Shown here: positions 17,201 to 26,667 of the stretch, one piece after another
How the letters are laid out: each line of letters starts with the position of its first letter
Position numbering within the stretch: the first letter of the stretch is position 1
IMG/VR virus record: IMGVR_UViG_3300033562_000144
Span: 1 to 31,370 of that record
DNA: 31,370 bases
Strand: one strand, 5' to 3'
Source: a virus
Taxonomy: Duplodnaviria; Caudoviricetes
Made by a program: the position numbers and the translations under genes
The notes under the pieces: model-generated
The model's database searches: none
Seen by the model: only the letters and a program-made list of their open reading frames with translations
Told to the model about the DNA's origin: nothing

Positions 17201-18121
17201 TTTTCCAGCGTCTTCAAATATAACTAGAGGGGCATCGTCGTCGCCAAACATAGACTTGAAATGGTCAACTTGCGCCTTAGTCTCTTTAAGATCGAGAGCA
17301 TTTGTAAGCTCGGTAAAACGCTGGTCCCTCATTTGAGTTTCAAGAGCATTAAGCGCTTCCTTGTCCCCACGATCCGCTTTAGCTGCGAGTTGTCCCATAG
17401 AAGTCAACTTGTCAGGATCGAACCCAGCGTCGAACCCAGCGAGTTTTAAAAGCCCCTCTTCAAGAATACCTTTATTTGAAACGGTAGCCTCCCCCATTTC
17501 CTGAAGCTTCTTTGCTTTCAATCCAGCTTGGATAGTCTTGGACATTCCAAGGCCAAGCGAAAAAGTAGGATCTGTAATAAGCTCAAGGCCAACAGCTACA
17601 GTAGGCTTAGACCACTCTGGAAGATTCGGAAGATGCTTCTCTACAACAGCAGCGCCAAGCTGATCGTGATCTTCCCCCATCTCTGGAAGAAGGCGCTTTA
17701 AGAACGCATCTTTCGACACCTTGAAAGCATGAACAGTGTCGTCAACTACCCCAGTATTCGGATAGTTTATATCGGCTATAGGGGCTATGGCCGCATCACC
17801 GAATGCCATAAGTGGAGAAGCTGCCCAAGACAAAACGTCTAATGTACTGTGCGCCGAACCTTGCTCAGCTTCTAACTGCTTAGCATGTTCTGTCAATGCG
17901 TTCGCAGAGTCTACAGCTTGAACACGGTCAGTTGGATTTTGACTACTCGGTAGTTGCTTTTCAACTCCAACGGCAGCGGCTCGGTCCATAGGGGCGCTCG
18001 GTTTTTGAATACCAGCGCCAGAAATAGCTATGAGTTTATCAATGTCAAGCTCTTCTGCGACTATCTCTTCACGCTGAGATTCGTAAACATCATTATATGA
18101 CAACTGTTCCATTGGGTTCAT
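14231..18121 (-). CDS. Large internal virion (DNA ejection) protein
   Basis: About 1300 aa, helical, PFFRTPTNI motif and hydrophobic segments; third of three genes between nozzle and fibre; likely ATG at 18121. Confidence 0.75.
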   Translation of the reverse strand: MNPMEQLSYNDVYESQREEIVAEELDIDKLIAISGAGIQKPSAPMDRAAAVGVEKQLPSSQNPTDRVQAVDSANALTEHAKQLEAEQGSAHSTLDVLSWAASPLMAFGDAAIAPIADINYPNTGVVDDTVHAFKVSKDAFLKRLLPEMGEDHDQLGAAVVEKHLPNLPEWSKPTVAVGLELITDPTFSLGLGMSKTIQAGLKAKKLQEMGEATVSNKGILEEGLLKLAGFDAGFDPDKLTSMGQLAAKADRGDKEALNALETQMRDQRFTELTNALDLKETKAQVDHFKSMFGDDDAPLVIFEDAGKIAKKAHATKDTTITFQTSHGSEYYFDGRGTVKDASGNTVTPVAELRAKSTDTFFAYPQEVAKLEKWKGLADAEKRVFVDEEKGIARLMATDAATGKRVQVDEILLSRTPVKSLSPVELFSRDKAGKYYKDVTLGSPITSVEKRAPGEFTENGLPKMAGSINLNKFSQTRDVDALIAAVNEAYGPAIARASGSPHDAKYLENGAQRVLLRDIIGQNAERFNDVEAMAIRGTLITTGNRFKKLAKIANDTGDPMAKAAAHEAFVANYMVHQKVAGVSTAFGRQLNVLKRDAGTIRGMYKQVDEMLTSPEFKDSNFTRVLKELASDDRLDDVQLQKMLGGVMRTTSQRLIDAGKFTYDVFYEVFVNAYLSGALTHAKNMVTNSATTLLSPTKVFLEGLSAGARGFVMGDDVAKMKYESDMKQSQAMMAGMMGGISDAFRLATGRATKTQVQYPEELMKMHEIAQQRIKPKISSANFISNGIDVGDGKLARFIDFVGNGIRLPGEALLKEDKAFKLINYRMGVNQEAAKRAFHLGQNADDQKAIFRMFSNNPDEFIKQKAIDLAELNTFTNSLGETGRKFEAVFRLPGLNLLTPFFRTPTNIIKYGVKNSVFGNVFNDIMSGDFLKATAKGDVARANIAVGTLVPASILAFMPDDITVTGDIDTTTEAGRLKAAQTPPYSFVFRNKDDGTVTSLSYEGIEPLRSIMGMMVNYKDIFQSTYRGYVEGTNWDDKEADEILGDALATTVGAFTKTIKSAPYFDFVGDLHNILRGVLNGDADPVAKQLQEMAANMLAPNIMAQTNKTEFDNTFRMAEEWTEKLKKRCWGLSKELPIRPDAFGEPQYAPRGTPLAMVNPFLTKTVKYSKIANEMIRTNVSVPRIPNKFIVDKIELKLDTKRMSDFGILVGRGFTDEATGSYMPPLKEHINDILEHPAIANLKPGEFKDKTIKARVEFAIQQRREGVKAFMIQNDPELNEKLRTVRMERELQAQQNTIQ
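17940..17956. repeat. Palindrome copy 9 (inside large ejection protein)
   Basis: TGACTACTCGGTAGTTG. Confidence 0.9.
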
Positions 18122-18122
18122 A

Positions 18123-19955
18123 TCATAAACCTTCTGTTGATTTTTTAGTTGAAGCCGTTCCAAAAATGTCCATATATTCTTTTGCTGTCTTCACGTAAGA
18201 CAAGTACACATCCTTATCAAGTTTTTGAGAATCAAAATCTTTTTTAAGCTTAATAAGTATAGAATTAACGTCTTCCATATTCTTCGGCTTAACGCCCCCG
18301 TATAGCTTGGGCATATACTGAAGAGGGATATCAGACTTGCTATACTTATCTACTACGAAGTCAAGCGCCCTATTGTGAGCAGCAACTTGAGTTTCACCTT
18401 CTTTAGGCTCGGATAAGTAGTCATACTCTCTCTGAGCGTTTTGCTCAACAACTAGAGAAACATTCGTTCTTTTGCCCATAGCGTCAAAGCTATTTGGTAC
18501 TGATGCGGATATCCTCTTATACGCGATTTTCACACGGGAAGAGGACTCTTTCTGACGAAGGGACGATGCGTAATTTATAAGCTCTTTCCTCTCATTTCTA
18601 TTCAAGTCCTTGGCTGTAACAACTTCATTTATATAGTTTGTATCACCGTCTATGAAGTTACTATCAGCGCTATCAAGAAGATTTCTCTTCAAGTTATCAA
18701 ATGTTCTAAGATCCGATACAACGTCATCCCCGGTAGCTTCTCTTCGAGCCATTGAAACATACGCAGCAGCTCCAGACTCGCTTATTCTACCAGAAGCAGC
18801 CATCTTCCATACTTCATGCGGCGTAAGAACCATAGGCTTCTTTTCATCGTACATAGAGGCAAATAGACTCGCTTCAGTAGTATTCTGCATACGCTTTAAG
18901 TTCTTTTCTTCTCGAACTTCTTGCATGTGTTTCGACGATAACGATTGCTGCATTTCGTGGTTCTCCCACGTAAACAGTTTCCTATCTATTTCGCCCAGCT
19001 TATCTTCAGAAAGCTCCAACTTGCCTATTGTATCTCTAAAGATCTTTGCCTCTTCGAGTCCTTTACCGATCTTATAGTTTCCATTATTGTCAAGGCCACC
19101 ACGCTTATCCATGTAAAGACGTTCAGCGGCATTTACAAGCTCACCTTCCCAAGCTTTACTTGCTTGATCGAACTCGTGGGCGTCATAGGTACTGAAGAAA
19201 CGCTGCTTCAGAATACTAGCCCCAAACTGAGGATTGCCATCTTTACCAAGTATAACATTTCCATTTTCATCTGCTATCGGTTTTCCTATAGCGTCAGGTG
19301 GGTATGCGTGAAGCTCTTTCGTTATCAAAGACCTTTCCGCTTGCTTCTGGCCTTCGCGAATCTTTCTTCCCTCCATCTCTGAATGAGAAGCCCCTTTCGC
19401 CCTATAAGACTCCGCTACCTGAAACAGATTGTCTTTTGCCTTCAGCCTTGCGGCTGGGTTCAAAGACATTAAAGTTTCCTGCATAGCTGAGTTTATAGTA
19501 TTGCTGAACTCAGAATAGCCTTCAACAGCTTTTCTACCCGTAGCAGCTACATACCCTTCATTCTTTTCGTTACCATGAAAAAGAGGAAAAAGCTTTTCTC
19601 GCAAAGCAAGCTCAGCGTCTTTAGCTTTTACGGCATTCATCGTATCAGTGTAATGCGCAACCGCATTGGCTAACTGACCCATGCCTTGCTGTACTACTTC
19701 AGGGGACACGATAGGCTCAGCCGCTCTTCCTACAGTGTTCACATCTGCTTCATGGGTACGAGCTTGCAGCACTGGTGCGTTTATGTTTCCTATAACATTA
19801 AGGCTAATATTGCCAGCGTTCGTATTAATACCGCCAGGACTATTACCAGTATTGAGGTGCATAGCAGCACCTTCATAAGAAACAGAACGACCTCCTCTTG
19901 TAGCAGGTTCACCGCTTGTAGTAATCGACCCTTCTATGTCATTATAACCAGCCAT
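18123..19955 (-). CDS. Internal virion (ejection) protein
   Basis: Position, size and charged helical composition. Confidence 0.65.
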   Translation of the reverse strand: MAGYNDIEGSITTSGEPATRGGRSVSYEGAAMHLNTGNSPGGINTNAGNISLNVIGNINAPVLQARTHEADVNTVGRAAEPIVSPEVVQQGMGQLANAVAHYTDTMNAVKAKDAELALREKLFPLFHGNEKNEGYVAATGRKAVEGYSEFSNTINSAMQETLMSLNPAARLKAKDNLFQVAESYRAKGASHSEMEGRKIREGQKQAERSLITKELHAYPPDAIGKPIADENGNVILGKDGNPQFGASILKQRFFSTYDAHEFDQASKAWEGELVNAAERLYMDKRGGLDNNGNYKIGKGLEEAKIFRDTIGKLELSEDKLGEIDRKLFTWENHEMQQSLSSKHMQEVREEKNLKRMQNTTEASLFASMYDEKKPMVLTPHEVWKMAASGRISESGAAAYVSMARREATGDDVVSDLRTFDNLKRNLLDSADSNFIDGDTNYINEVVTAKDLNRNERKELINYASSLRQKESSSRVKIAYKRISASVPNSFDAMGKRTNVSLVVEQNAQREYDYLSEPKEGETQVAAHNRALDFVVDKYSKSDIPLQYMPKLYGGVKPKNMEDVNSILIKLKKDFDSQKLDKDVYLSYVKTAKEYMDIFGTASTKKSTEGL

Positions 19956-19958
19956 TTT

Positions 19959-19975
19959 TAACTACCTTGTAGTTG
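19959..19975. repeat. Palindrome copy 10 (over RBS of 610-aa gene)
   Basis: TAACTACCTTGTAGTTG. Confidence 0.9.
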
Positions 19976-19979
19976 ATAT

Positions 19980-20876
19980 TTACCAGCCTTGATTGGCGTA
20001 AGGATCTGTAGAGTTTCCTTCCACAAGCAGAGAGTCATTCGTAGTAGAATCGTCTTCTTCTTTACTCTTGACGTAGTTCTTTCCTACAGTTGTACCAGCG
20101 CCAAAAACTCCATTCCAGAAAGAGGTCGAAGCTTGGCTGTCATATGCGTCAGATTTTTGCTGGCCTGTTATCATTGCTTGATTGGCATTTATGCCTGAGT
20201 TATATAGCATTGCCCCAGCATCAATAGACCCTTGCGCACTCATCCCAAAACCCTTGAGCATACCGCCTACTATATTGCTATTCTCAAGAAGTCTGCCTTC
20301 CATAGCCATACTCGTTGCTTCAAGCCCTGCCTCCCATCTACCGTAAGCAGCCTTGTCCATGAGCTTAGCCATCTGGATATCTGCACCTCTTCGTATGATA
20401 AAACGCTCAAGCTCTTGCTGCTGCTTAGCGTCCTCTACAGCTATCGCAGGACTATCCTGGTCTATTATAGCGCCAGAGGAAGCCTGACTCGTTCGCATAT
20501 CCCCTATAGCTTGATTATGCTTTCTTTGAAGTTGCTTCAGATCCAATTCAGCCGCTTCGCCTACAAGCATAGCTTCATTTTCGAGAAGCGAAGACTCATA
20601 GTTAGTGAGAAAAAGTTTCGTCTTTATATTGTTGTCAGTTATAGCGCGTATTCGCATGTTCTCTGCTTCAGCCCCAAGCATACCAAGCTGGGAGTTAAGC
20701 GCAGACATGGCTAAAAAAGACTTAGCGTTATAAGCGCCAGAGCTTTTTATAGCCATAGAGTTAGCCAAAGCCGATTCCGCTTCCATTTCAGACTGCTCTT
20801 TGTTCTTCGTGTAGCCTGAATAAGCGCTATACACATAAGGAAGAACTTCGAGAACTACTTCTACCCATCCTGACAT
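19980..20876 (-). CDS. Internal virion protein (T7 gp14-like position)
   Basis: Ala/Gly/Gln-rich; G..R..QASSG....SP motif; follows tail tubular B. Confidence 0.7.
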   Translation of the reverse strand: MSGWVEVVLEVLPYVYSAYSGYTKNKEQSEMEAESALANSMAIKSSGAYNAKSFLAMSALNSQLGMLGAEAENMRIRAITDNNIKTKLFLTNYESSLLENEAMLVGEAAELDLKQLQRKHNQAIGDMRTSQASSGAIIDQDSPAIAVEDAKQQQELERFIIRRGADIQMAKLMDKAAYGRWEAGLEATSMAMEGRLLENSNIVGGMLKGFGMSAQGSIDAGAMLYNSGINANQAMITGQQKSDAYDSQASTSFWNGVFGAGTTVGKNYVKSKEEDDSTTNDSLLVEGNSTDPYANQGW

Positions 20877-20877
20877 T

Positions 20878-22695
20878 TTACGCCTCCGTATAGTATATGT
20901 ATTCAGTAAGACCGAGAACAGTTAATGGTAAAGGAAGCGCTTGCTCTACGACTATATGCTGGCTCCTTACAGCATCCGGATCATTTGAGGATTCTGGAAG
21001 ATCAACTTTTATGTTCTTAGTCCTTAAAGGTATGGGATCCGTATCTTGTATAGAAGCATCCATTTGTGGGATATACACCATCCGCTTCTCACCGTTTGCG
21101 TCCTCTACTCCAACCTCAAATCCAGAACTATTCTTTACAGCAACAACAGCCGCATGTATTCTGGCTATAAGACCTTTTGACATGCCATCTTCCATAGTGA
21201 CAACTCCCGGAGTGGGAGACAACCGACTCGTAAAAGGCAGCCCAACTACAATGTCGGTAAACGCTCGATCAAGGATTATGCTTCCTGAAGTTACTACTTT
21301 ACTTGGATGCGGCCTTCCACCAGCCAGTATAGAAACAGTCTTACCTTCAAGATGCTCAAGACCATTTACAGTCTGTATTGCCGCTCCACTGTACTCCTTA
21401 AAGCAATCAAGAAATCGGCCATTTATAGCGCTAGCGCCTACGAACTGGGGCGCTTTTACCTCAACATACCATTTAGTAACCTCACCTATAGTTCGCTCTA
21501 CAACGCAAAAAAGGTCCGTTTCTGTAGTTCCTGGTGTAGCTGTAACAGCTAAAAATTTTCCGTCTGTAGTATGCCTATGCCATCCTACAACATTGTGCTC
21601 GCGCTTCATAGTCAAAGCTATAAGTATTCCATCATCTCTTACAGCCCAAATTATCCCGTGCGGAGTCTTCTGATAGGTCCAGTCAACTATCTTGTTTTCT
21701 TCAGTCAAGTGCGGAGCAAGAACGGTAAGATCAACTACATCATAGGAGTCGGTAGCGTAGTCATATCCAAACTGATTAACCGTTTTTCCTAACTGTTCAA
21801 CAAAGATAGTGACCGGACCAACCATCAAAGGCTTCATACTTTCAGAGCCTTGTCGAGTATGCCTATTCATAGAGAATGACTGAAATGACAACGGCTCAAG
21901 ACCTTTACCTGATACAGTCCACTCATCGCCAAGAGTACCAACAAGCAACTGTCTTGCCGTATTAAGCCACTCTATAGAGTTCTGAGAGCCTGAATTGAAC
22001 GTGAGAGTAACCGCATCAGAAGCAACTACAGGACTTGAAACACCGAAGTCCTCAAAATCAGCCGACTTTGAATACCACAATGTTTGAGGTCGTAAGCTCG
22101 TAGAAGCAAAACATATACGCTGCTCATAGAACCCTACTTTACGAGGCCAACAATCTGGATCTTGCCAGCCAGTAGCCCCCGTAGGCATATCTGTAAAAAC
22201 TATATCCGTAGCAGTCCAGTTATTATGCGCAAGACGTTTAAGATCAAGTGGTATCTTGGTCGGTTGAACTATTTTGACTACATCATTCATCTGACTGTAG
22301 TCAAAAGTTTCTATATCCAAACTCGTAAACTCTAATACATAAGGAACGCCTGGAGTTGTGCTCTCCACAAGTCCCTCACGAGTTACAAGGCACATTCTTG
22401 TTTTGCCATTATTATGCTTGAAAAACAATAAAGCATAAGACTGGGTTTTACTAAATACAAAGGGTATTAATTTCGGCTTTACGTTAGTTACAGCGCCACC
22501 CAAAAGAGATGTTAGATCGTATAGAAATTTTGTTCCAGATCTTCTAGTAGCTGGCCCTTGAGGAAGAGCTGTCATGTTCAAAAGCTCGTGACAGCCATTA
22601 GTGTAACGGGAGAAGTCTACCTTCTCAGACAATATGTCAGAGACTTCCCCCGCTGTAAAATTACGTTTATTTAACCTGAAGTTTTTTCTTGCCAT
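20878..22695 (-). CDS. Tail tubular protein B / nozzle
   Basis: NFTAGEVS, PQGPATRRSGT, WP..VGFYEQR.CFA, GWHRHTTDG, GLEHLEGKTV, PLPLTVLG. Confidence 0.9.
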   Translation of the reverse strand: MARKNFRLNKRNFTAGEVSDILSEKVDFSRYTNGCHELLNMTALPQGPATRRSGTKFLYDLTSLLGGAVTNVKPKLIPFVFSKTQSYALLFFKHNNGKTRMCLVTREGLVESTTPGVPYVLEFTSLDIETFDYSQMNDVVKIVQPTKIPLDLKRLAHNNWTATDIVFTDMPTGATGWQDPDCWPRKVGFYEQRICFASTSLRPQTLWYSKSADFEDFGVSSPVVASDAVTLTFNSGSQNSIEWLNTARQLLVGTLGDEWTVSGKGLEPLSFQSFSMNRHTRQGSESMKPLMVGPVTIFVEQLGKTVNQFGYDYATDSYDVVDLTVLAPHLTEENKIVDWTYQKTPHGIIWAVRDDGILIALTMKREHNVVGWHRHTTDGKFLAVTATPGTTETDLFCVVERTIGEVTKWYVEVKAPQFVGASAINGRFLDCFKEYSGAAIQTVNGLEHLEGKTVSILAGGRPHPSKVVTSGSIILDRAFTDIVVGLPFTSRLSPTPGVVTMEDGMSKGLIARIHAAVVAVKNSSGFEVGVEDANGEKRMVYIPQMDASIQDTDPIPLRTKNIKVDLPESSNDPDAVRSQHIVVEQALPLPLTVLGLTEYIYYTEA

Positions 22696-23339
22696 TACGT
22701 TGTACCAGATCCATCGTTGAAAGTTTCGACAGGTATATCAACAGCAACAAAAGTGTCGTAAAGTAGATCTTGCGAAACATGATCGTCGCCTTCTCCGATA
22801 TTTGAATCTATAAGTTTAGCCTCAGCGAGTAGCATTTTCGATTCTTTTCTTACAGCAGATGCAACCTCCGAATCACAGTTCAGAGGCATAGCCAACCGAG
22901 AAGCTATCTCGGTATATAGCGCAGTTACAAAATACGGCATGAAGTACCCCGTGTTAGTAACCTGCTTAGTATAACGCAAAATTGGGGCCGCACCAAAAGA
23001 CGTAGCCCTAGACGTAGGGACGATAACATTTCTTCCTTCAACTGACCATTTATTCGGCGCTCCAACTCTCGGTCCCAACCTTCTCGGAACAAAACAATCG
23101 GAAGGGAGAGCGTAAACAACGCCCTCTGGATGCGTTTCATCAAGACGCATCTTCAGAGTAGCAGTGGCCCTAGCGAAAGACCAGTCGTGGACCGATAGGT
23201 AATGATCCCTAGCGGCTACATATATGCGATTAGCAAGCCGACCAGTAAAGGGGTCGTTCTCCGCTACTGAGAAGTCGCGTAATGCAGCTTTACCAAGAAC
23301 CCCCAAAGCCAAGTTTACAATCTCCACTTCCGATGGCAT
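22695..23339 (-). CDS. Tail tubular protein A / adaptor
   Basis: EIVNLAL..LG, RD..L..HDWSFA, Y.LPSDC, F..AL...IA.RLA.PL. Confidence 0.88.
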   Translation of the reverse strand: MPSEVEIVNLALGVLGKAALRDFSVAENDPFTGRLANRIYVAARDHYLSVHDWSFARATATLKMRLDETHPEGVVYALPSDCFVPRRLGPRVGAPNKWSVEGRNVIVPTSRATSFGAAPILRYTKQVTNTGYFMPYFVTALYTEIASRLAMPLNCDSEVASAVRKESKMLLAEAKLIDSNIGEGDDHVSQDLLYDTFVAVDIPVETFNDGSGTT

Positions 23340-23341
23340 TT

Positions 23342-23827
23342 TTATTCACCCCCAAGAAGATCATCAAGACTATCATCATCGTTTGCAGCAGGTGGGGCCG
23401 GTATGGAAACTTCCTCATCTGCCATAGTAACAGTTATACCGGACTCACCGCCGGTCACTGCCGGGGCAACAAAGTCCTGGGCGAGAACTTGGGCGGAGCC
23501 GCCATGCAAAGGCTCTACTGGACTGTGACGATTGTACATTATCTTATCGACAACGTACTCTCTCGGAAGGCCAGAAAGATCTTCACGGTATTTTTCGTTG
23601 TAGAAAGATACTAGGCTTTCTAACTGAAAGATTTCTGGATCACGCAAAACAGACTCGCTTACACGACCTATGTCCGAGCCAGCCTGATCTATTTCATCAA
23701 CGGCAACGAAATGGGGAGGACACTCTTCAAAAAAGTCTTTTTCGCCCATTTCGTAGAACCGTATCCCACCATCATTTTTTCGTACTTGGCATGTTCTCAA
23801 GCACACATACGCTTTCTTGTCTCCCAT
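23342..23827 (-). CDS. Hypothetical acidic protein
   Basis: GGAGG RBS; abuts tail tubular A. Confidence 0.7.
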   Translation of the reverse strand: MGDKKAYVCLRTCQVRKNDGGIRFYEMGEKDFFEECPPHFVAVDEIDQAGSDIGRVSESVLRDPEIFQLESLVSFYNEKYREDLSGLPREYVVDKIMYNRHSPVEPLHGGSAQVLAQDFVAPAVTGGESGITVTMADEEVSIPAPPAANDDDSLDDLLGGE

Positions 23828-23868
23828 CTGGTAAGTACCTCCGCATTTTGAATTTTATTAATACTCGT

Positions 23869-24051
23869 TTAGGTCACATCCTGAATCCGAATCAGCTCCA
23901 TGAAGAGCTTTTGAACATTCTCTTTTTTCTTTTCGGCAGCGGCAGCGGCAAACGCAGCACGGATAGCAGTTGCGGCAGTGTTCACAGCAGTCTTCGCTCC
24001 AGCGGATAGCGCTACGTGATTTTGATTTTTTGTTAGGTCTATAAGGGCCAT
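23869..24051 (-). CDS. Small Ala-rich protein
   Basis: AGGAGG RBS upstream of the ATG. Confidence 0.7.
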   Translation of the reverse strand: MALIDLTKNQNHVALSAGAKTAVNTAATAIRAAFAAAAAEKKKENVQKLFMELIRIQDVT

Positions 24052-24069
24052 TCAAGTTACCTCCTAATT

Positions 24070-24114
24070 GAAAAAAGCGCCTACCAGATACGAAGATCTA
24101 CTAGACGCTTTTTC
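24070..24114 (-). terminator. Intrinsic terminator after the capsid genes
   Basis: mRNA GCGUCUAGUAGAU-CUUCGU-AUCUGGUAGGCGC-UUUUUU; A/T tracts on both sides. Confidence 0.8.
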
Positions 24115-24142
24115 ATGTTTAACTCCAATTCACAAGGATATC

Positions 24143-24496
24143 TTACAGATTCGTTTGCCCTTGATTTTCGCTTACAAAGGCGCTCCATGTACCAGCAGAG
24201 GCGGAACCAGTCAGAGCTACATCCACCCATTTATCCACGTTATGAGGAAGTTGGACAGAGAACCCCTTGTTAAGCGTTGCAAGCGCTATAGTATGAGTAG
24301 CGATAGTTGTGGTTGCAGTGCCAGAAGTAGCACCAGTTTTAATAGTTATGCCGGTTGCAGCCACAAGCCCGTTGCCAATAACATTGACATACAGCGGTTT
24401 ACCTGGACCAGTCTTAGTAACCTTCAAAGATACAGGAGTAGTCGTCCCGTTGTACGCAAGACCATTGGCAATTGTCAAAAGTGCGTCTTGAATCAT
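24143..24496 (-). CDS. Capsid cement/decoration protein (Bbp16-like)
   Basis: MI.DALL start, GPGKPLYV, beta-rich 117 aa directly after the MCP; GGAGG RBS. Confidence 0.75.
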   Translation of the reverse strand: MIQDALLTIANGLAYNGTTTPVSLKVTKTGPGKPLYVNVIGNGLVAATGITIKTGATSGTATTTIATHTIALATLNKGFSVQLPHNVDKWVDVALTGSASAGTWSAFVSENQGQTNL

Positions 24497-24517
24497 TTTA
24501 AAACCTCCAATTATTTC

Positions 24518-24534
24518 TAACTACAATGTAGTTG
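24518..24534. repeat. Palindrome copy 11 (MCP / cement junction)
   Basis: TAACTACAATGTAGTTG. Confidence 0.9.
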
Positions 24535-24537
24535 AAA

Positions 24538-25569
24538 TTAGGCTACTACAGCCTCAGTAGAGATGAGGGCATCGCAACGTTTGATCGGGATGCCGGAAAT
24601 GCTGAGCTGATTTTTTACGCCGTAAATGTCACCGAAGCCCAAGCTCATATTAGATTTACGGATAGCCATTTGCTGAAGCCGAGTGTGGCCCTGACGATTC
24701 GCATAAAATACCGGACGAACCGCTTTCAGATCAGGCAGCGCATTGGTAGCCTCAATCATAATGTCACAAATGGCATTGATGGAAGCTTCATCCATTGCAG
24801 CGGTGAACTCAACGTTAGCGATACGTACAACATACCGCCAGTCAGCAATAGCAAGACCCTGTTGAACAGAATAATGAGTAGCATAGCCACGAAAAACAGA
24901 GCCGTTAGCATCGCGAAGATCAATCTCACCAAGATCCTGCGCCTCAATTCCGGCGTTCGGAGCAGTAGAAGGATAGATACCGAAAACACCAACATCAACG
25001 CCCATGCCGAGAAGCCAGATAGAAGTCTGGGAACTGGCAGTGGAACCACCGGCATTCAAAATATGCCGCATACCGAAATCTTGAGCGCTCGGCTTGTTGG
25101 CCGGTTGACCGAGAACATCATACCGAGGAGAAAGACCGTAGAACTTCTTGGGGTCAGTCTTCGGATCACCGTAGAACAGGCAGGATGCGAGCTGCTGATT
25201 GAGGCCGGAAACAATACGACGATCTTGACGATGACGATACATGGCAACATCACCAGAACGCTTTGCAACGATCTTATCAGACTCAGAACGATTCTCAAGA
25301 AGGGCAACGGTGTCGCTTACCTGAATGGTAGATGCAGAAACAGCCTTGATACCTTCATTGACTCTCCGCCAAGTTCCTTGAGGAACATCAGCGTCCATCA
25401 GATGCGTATGAACCTGTCCTTCATTACATTCGCAGAAAGGAAGATCTTCGGCAAGGTCATTGGTTTGAGAGAAAAGCTCTACGCATTTCTCCATGAACTT
25501 GTTTCCGGCAATCGACTCTTTTGCAACTTGAGCTATTGTGGGCCAATCCCCAGTTGGATCATAAGCCAT
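24538..25569 (-). CDS. Major capsid protein (Bbp17-like)
   Basis: E.FSQTND...DLPF.ECN, WRRVNEG, FYGD, F.GL.PRY, IADWRYVVRIAN, GIPIKRCDAL.STEA.V; GGAGG RBS. Confidence 0.95.
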   Translation of the reverse strand: MAYDPTGDWPTIAQVAKESIAGNKFMEKCVELFSQTNDLAEDLPFCECNEGQVHTHLMDADVPQGTWRRVNEGIKAVSASTIQVSDTVALLENRSESDKIVAKRSGDVAMYRHRQDRRIVSGLNQQLASCLFYGDPKTDPKKFYGLSPRYDVLGQPANKPSAQDFGMRHILNAGGSTASSQTSIWLLGMGVDVGVFGIYPSTAPNAGIEAQDLGEIDLRDANGSVFRGYATHYSVQQGLAIADWRYVVRIANVEFTAAMDEASINAICDIMIEATNALPDLKAVRPVFYANRQGHTRLQQMAIRKSNMSLGFGDIYGVKNQLSISGIPIKRCDALISTEAVVA

Positions 25570-25590
25570 TTTGAAACCTCCAAAAATTTT

Positions 25591-25607
25591 TAACTACATA
25601 GTAGTCG
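25591..25607. repeat. Palindrome copy 12 (upstream of MCP)
   Basis: TAACTACATAGTAGTCG. Confidence 0.9.
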
Positions 25608-25610
25608 TTT

Positions 25611-26348
25611 TTACTTTTTCTTGTTTGGAACGTTTTCCGGATACATTTCGTAGGCTACATTAACCTTCTTCGTGCTACTTACGTCACCGGCAACTTCCGA
25701 TTTAAGGAAACCACTTTCTTGCAGGTGCTTCCCGATGTTATGAAACATCTGAATAACAACTGGATTCATCATAGCATATCCAGATTCCTGCGACTGCATA
25801 TACTGTAAAACACCGACTTTACCATCCGGATCACTCATGGCAAGAACTCTATTAGCCAGTTGCAAGTTAGCCGGTTTATCAGCACCCCATGCTTCAAACA
25901 GCTTTACGGCACCGGCTTTATTGGCCGCTACCATTCCTTTAAAGTTCTCCGAAACAACTTCTTGATGCTTCTTCAAAACACTGTCAAGTTGTTTTTGCGT
26001 GAGCTTTTCGCTCTTTGCCCAGGCTCCAAGAGCCTCTGGAGTTCCTTCGGGAAGCGTGTAAACTTCCGGGGTTTGCGTTTCCGTAGTAAGAGCTTTCACA
26101 AACTCTTCGCCAGTTTTTATTCCAGCAAATCGCTCGTGCTTCTTAACTTCCTCCGGTAACGCATTGAACCAATCCGCAGCCTGTTGTGTACCAACCGCAG
26201 CTTCAGTCGAAGAAGCACCACCAGACGCCGCAGCGCCTTGGTCAACTACCACATTCGCACTTTCACCGCCAGCCCCAGCACCACCGGCCCCAGCATCGGC
26301 ATTAAAACTATAAAGATATTTACTAAATGTTGAGTACAGCTTTTTCAT
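25611..26348 (-). CDS. Capsid assembly scaffold protein
   Basis: Gly/Ala-rich N-terminus, W...LPE, PEVY.LPEG, LTQKQ, WG.D...NL..A, NP.VI; between portal and MCP. Confidence 0.8.
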   Translation of the reverse strand: MKKLYSTFSKYLYSFNADAGAGGAGAGGESANVVVDQGAAASGGASSTEAAVGTQQAADWFNALPEEVKKHERFAGIKTGEEFVKALTTETQTPEVYTLPEGTPEALGAWAKSEKLTQKQLDSVLKKHQEVVSENFKGMVAANKAGAVKLFEAWGADKPANLQLANRVLAMSDPDGKVGVLQYMQSQESGYAMMNPVVIQMFHNIGKHLQESGFLKSEVAGDVSSTKKVNVAYEMYPENVPNKKK

Positions 26349-26667
26349 AATCGACTCCTTCTGACATTATTTCATAATACAGTTTAGGGTTTAAGAGATC
26401 CATCCGACTCTTGAGTAGAACTCCAACATGCCTTCTCCCCTCCGCATGAAGAGCTGGCTCGTTGTTCGCTCCAACGACATTATAAACACCGCAGTCTTTT
26501 AAAATCTCCCTAATGAGTACACGAGTTTTCTTATCCCTCAGAGCTATCTCTATATCAAGCATAATAGCATTATACAACTTCTTGCTATTATCTGCAACCT
26601 TTTTTTCATCTGATAGCGGCTCGCCCGCTATGAAAGAATCATACTCTTCATCAACGTTTTCAATCAT
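26323..26667 (-). CDS. Bbp19-like protein
   Basis: R.LI..IL..CG...EGRRHVG..L motif; between portal and scaffold. Confidence 0.75.
   Translation of the reverse strand: MIENVDEEYDSFIAGEPLSDEKKVADNSKKLYNAIMLDIEIALRDKKTRVLIREILKDCGVYNVVGANNEPALHAEGRRHVGVLLKSRMDLLNPKLYYEIMSEGVDYEKAVLNI

Noticed and set aside
20897-21673. 258-aa antisense ORF and other opposite-strand ORFs (e.g. 14204-14863, 30532-31014, 61-450)
   Set aside because: They overlap well-supported genes on the other strand and have no protein-like motifs
24532-25593. 353-aa antisense ORF spanning the major capsid gene
   Set aside because: Shadow frame of a codon-biased gene; TTG start, no RBS or recognisable motifs
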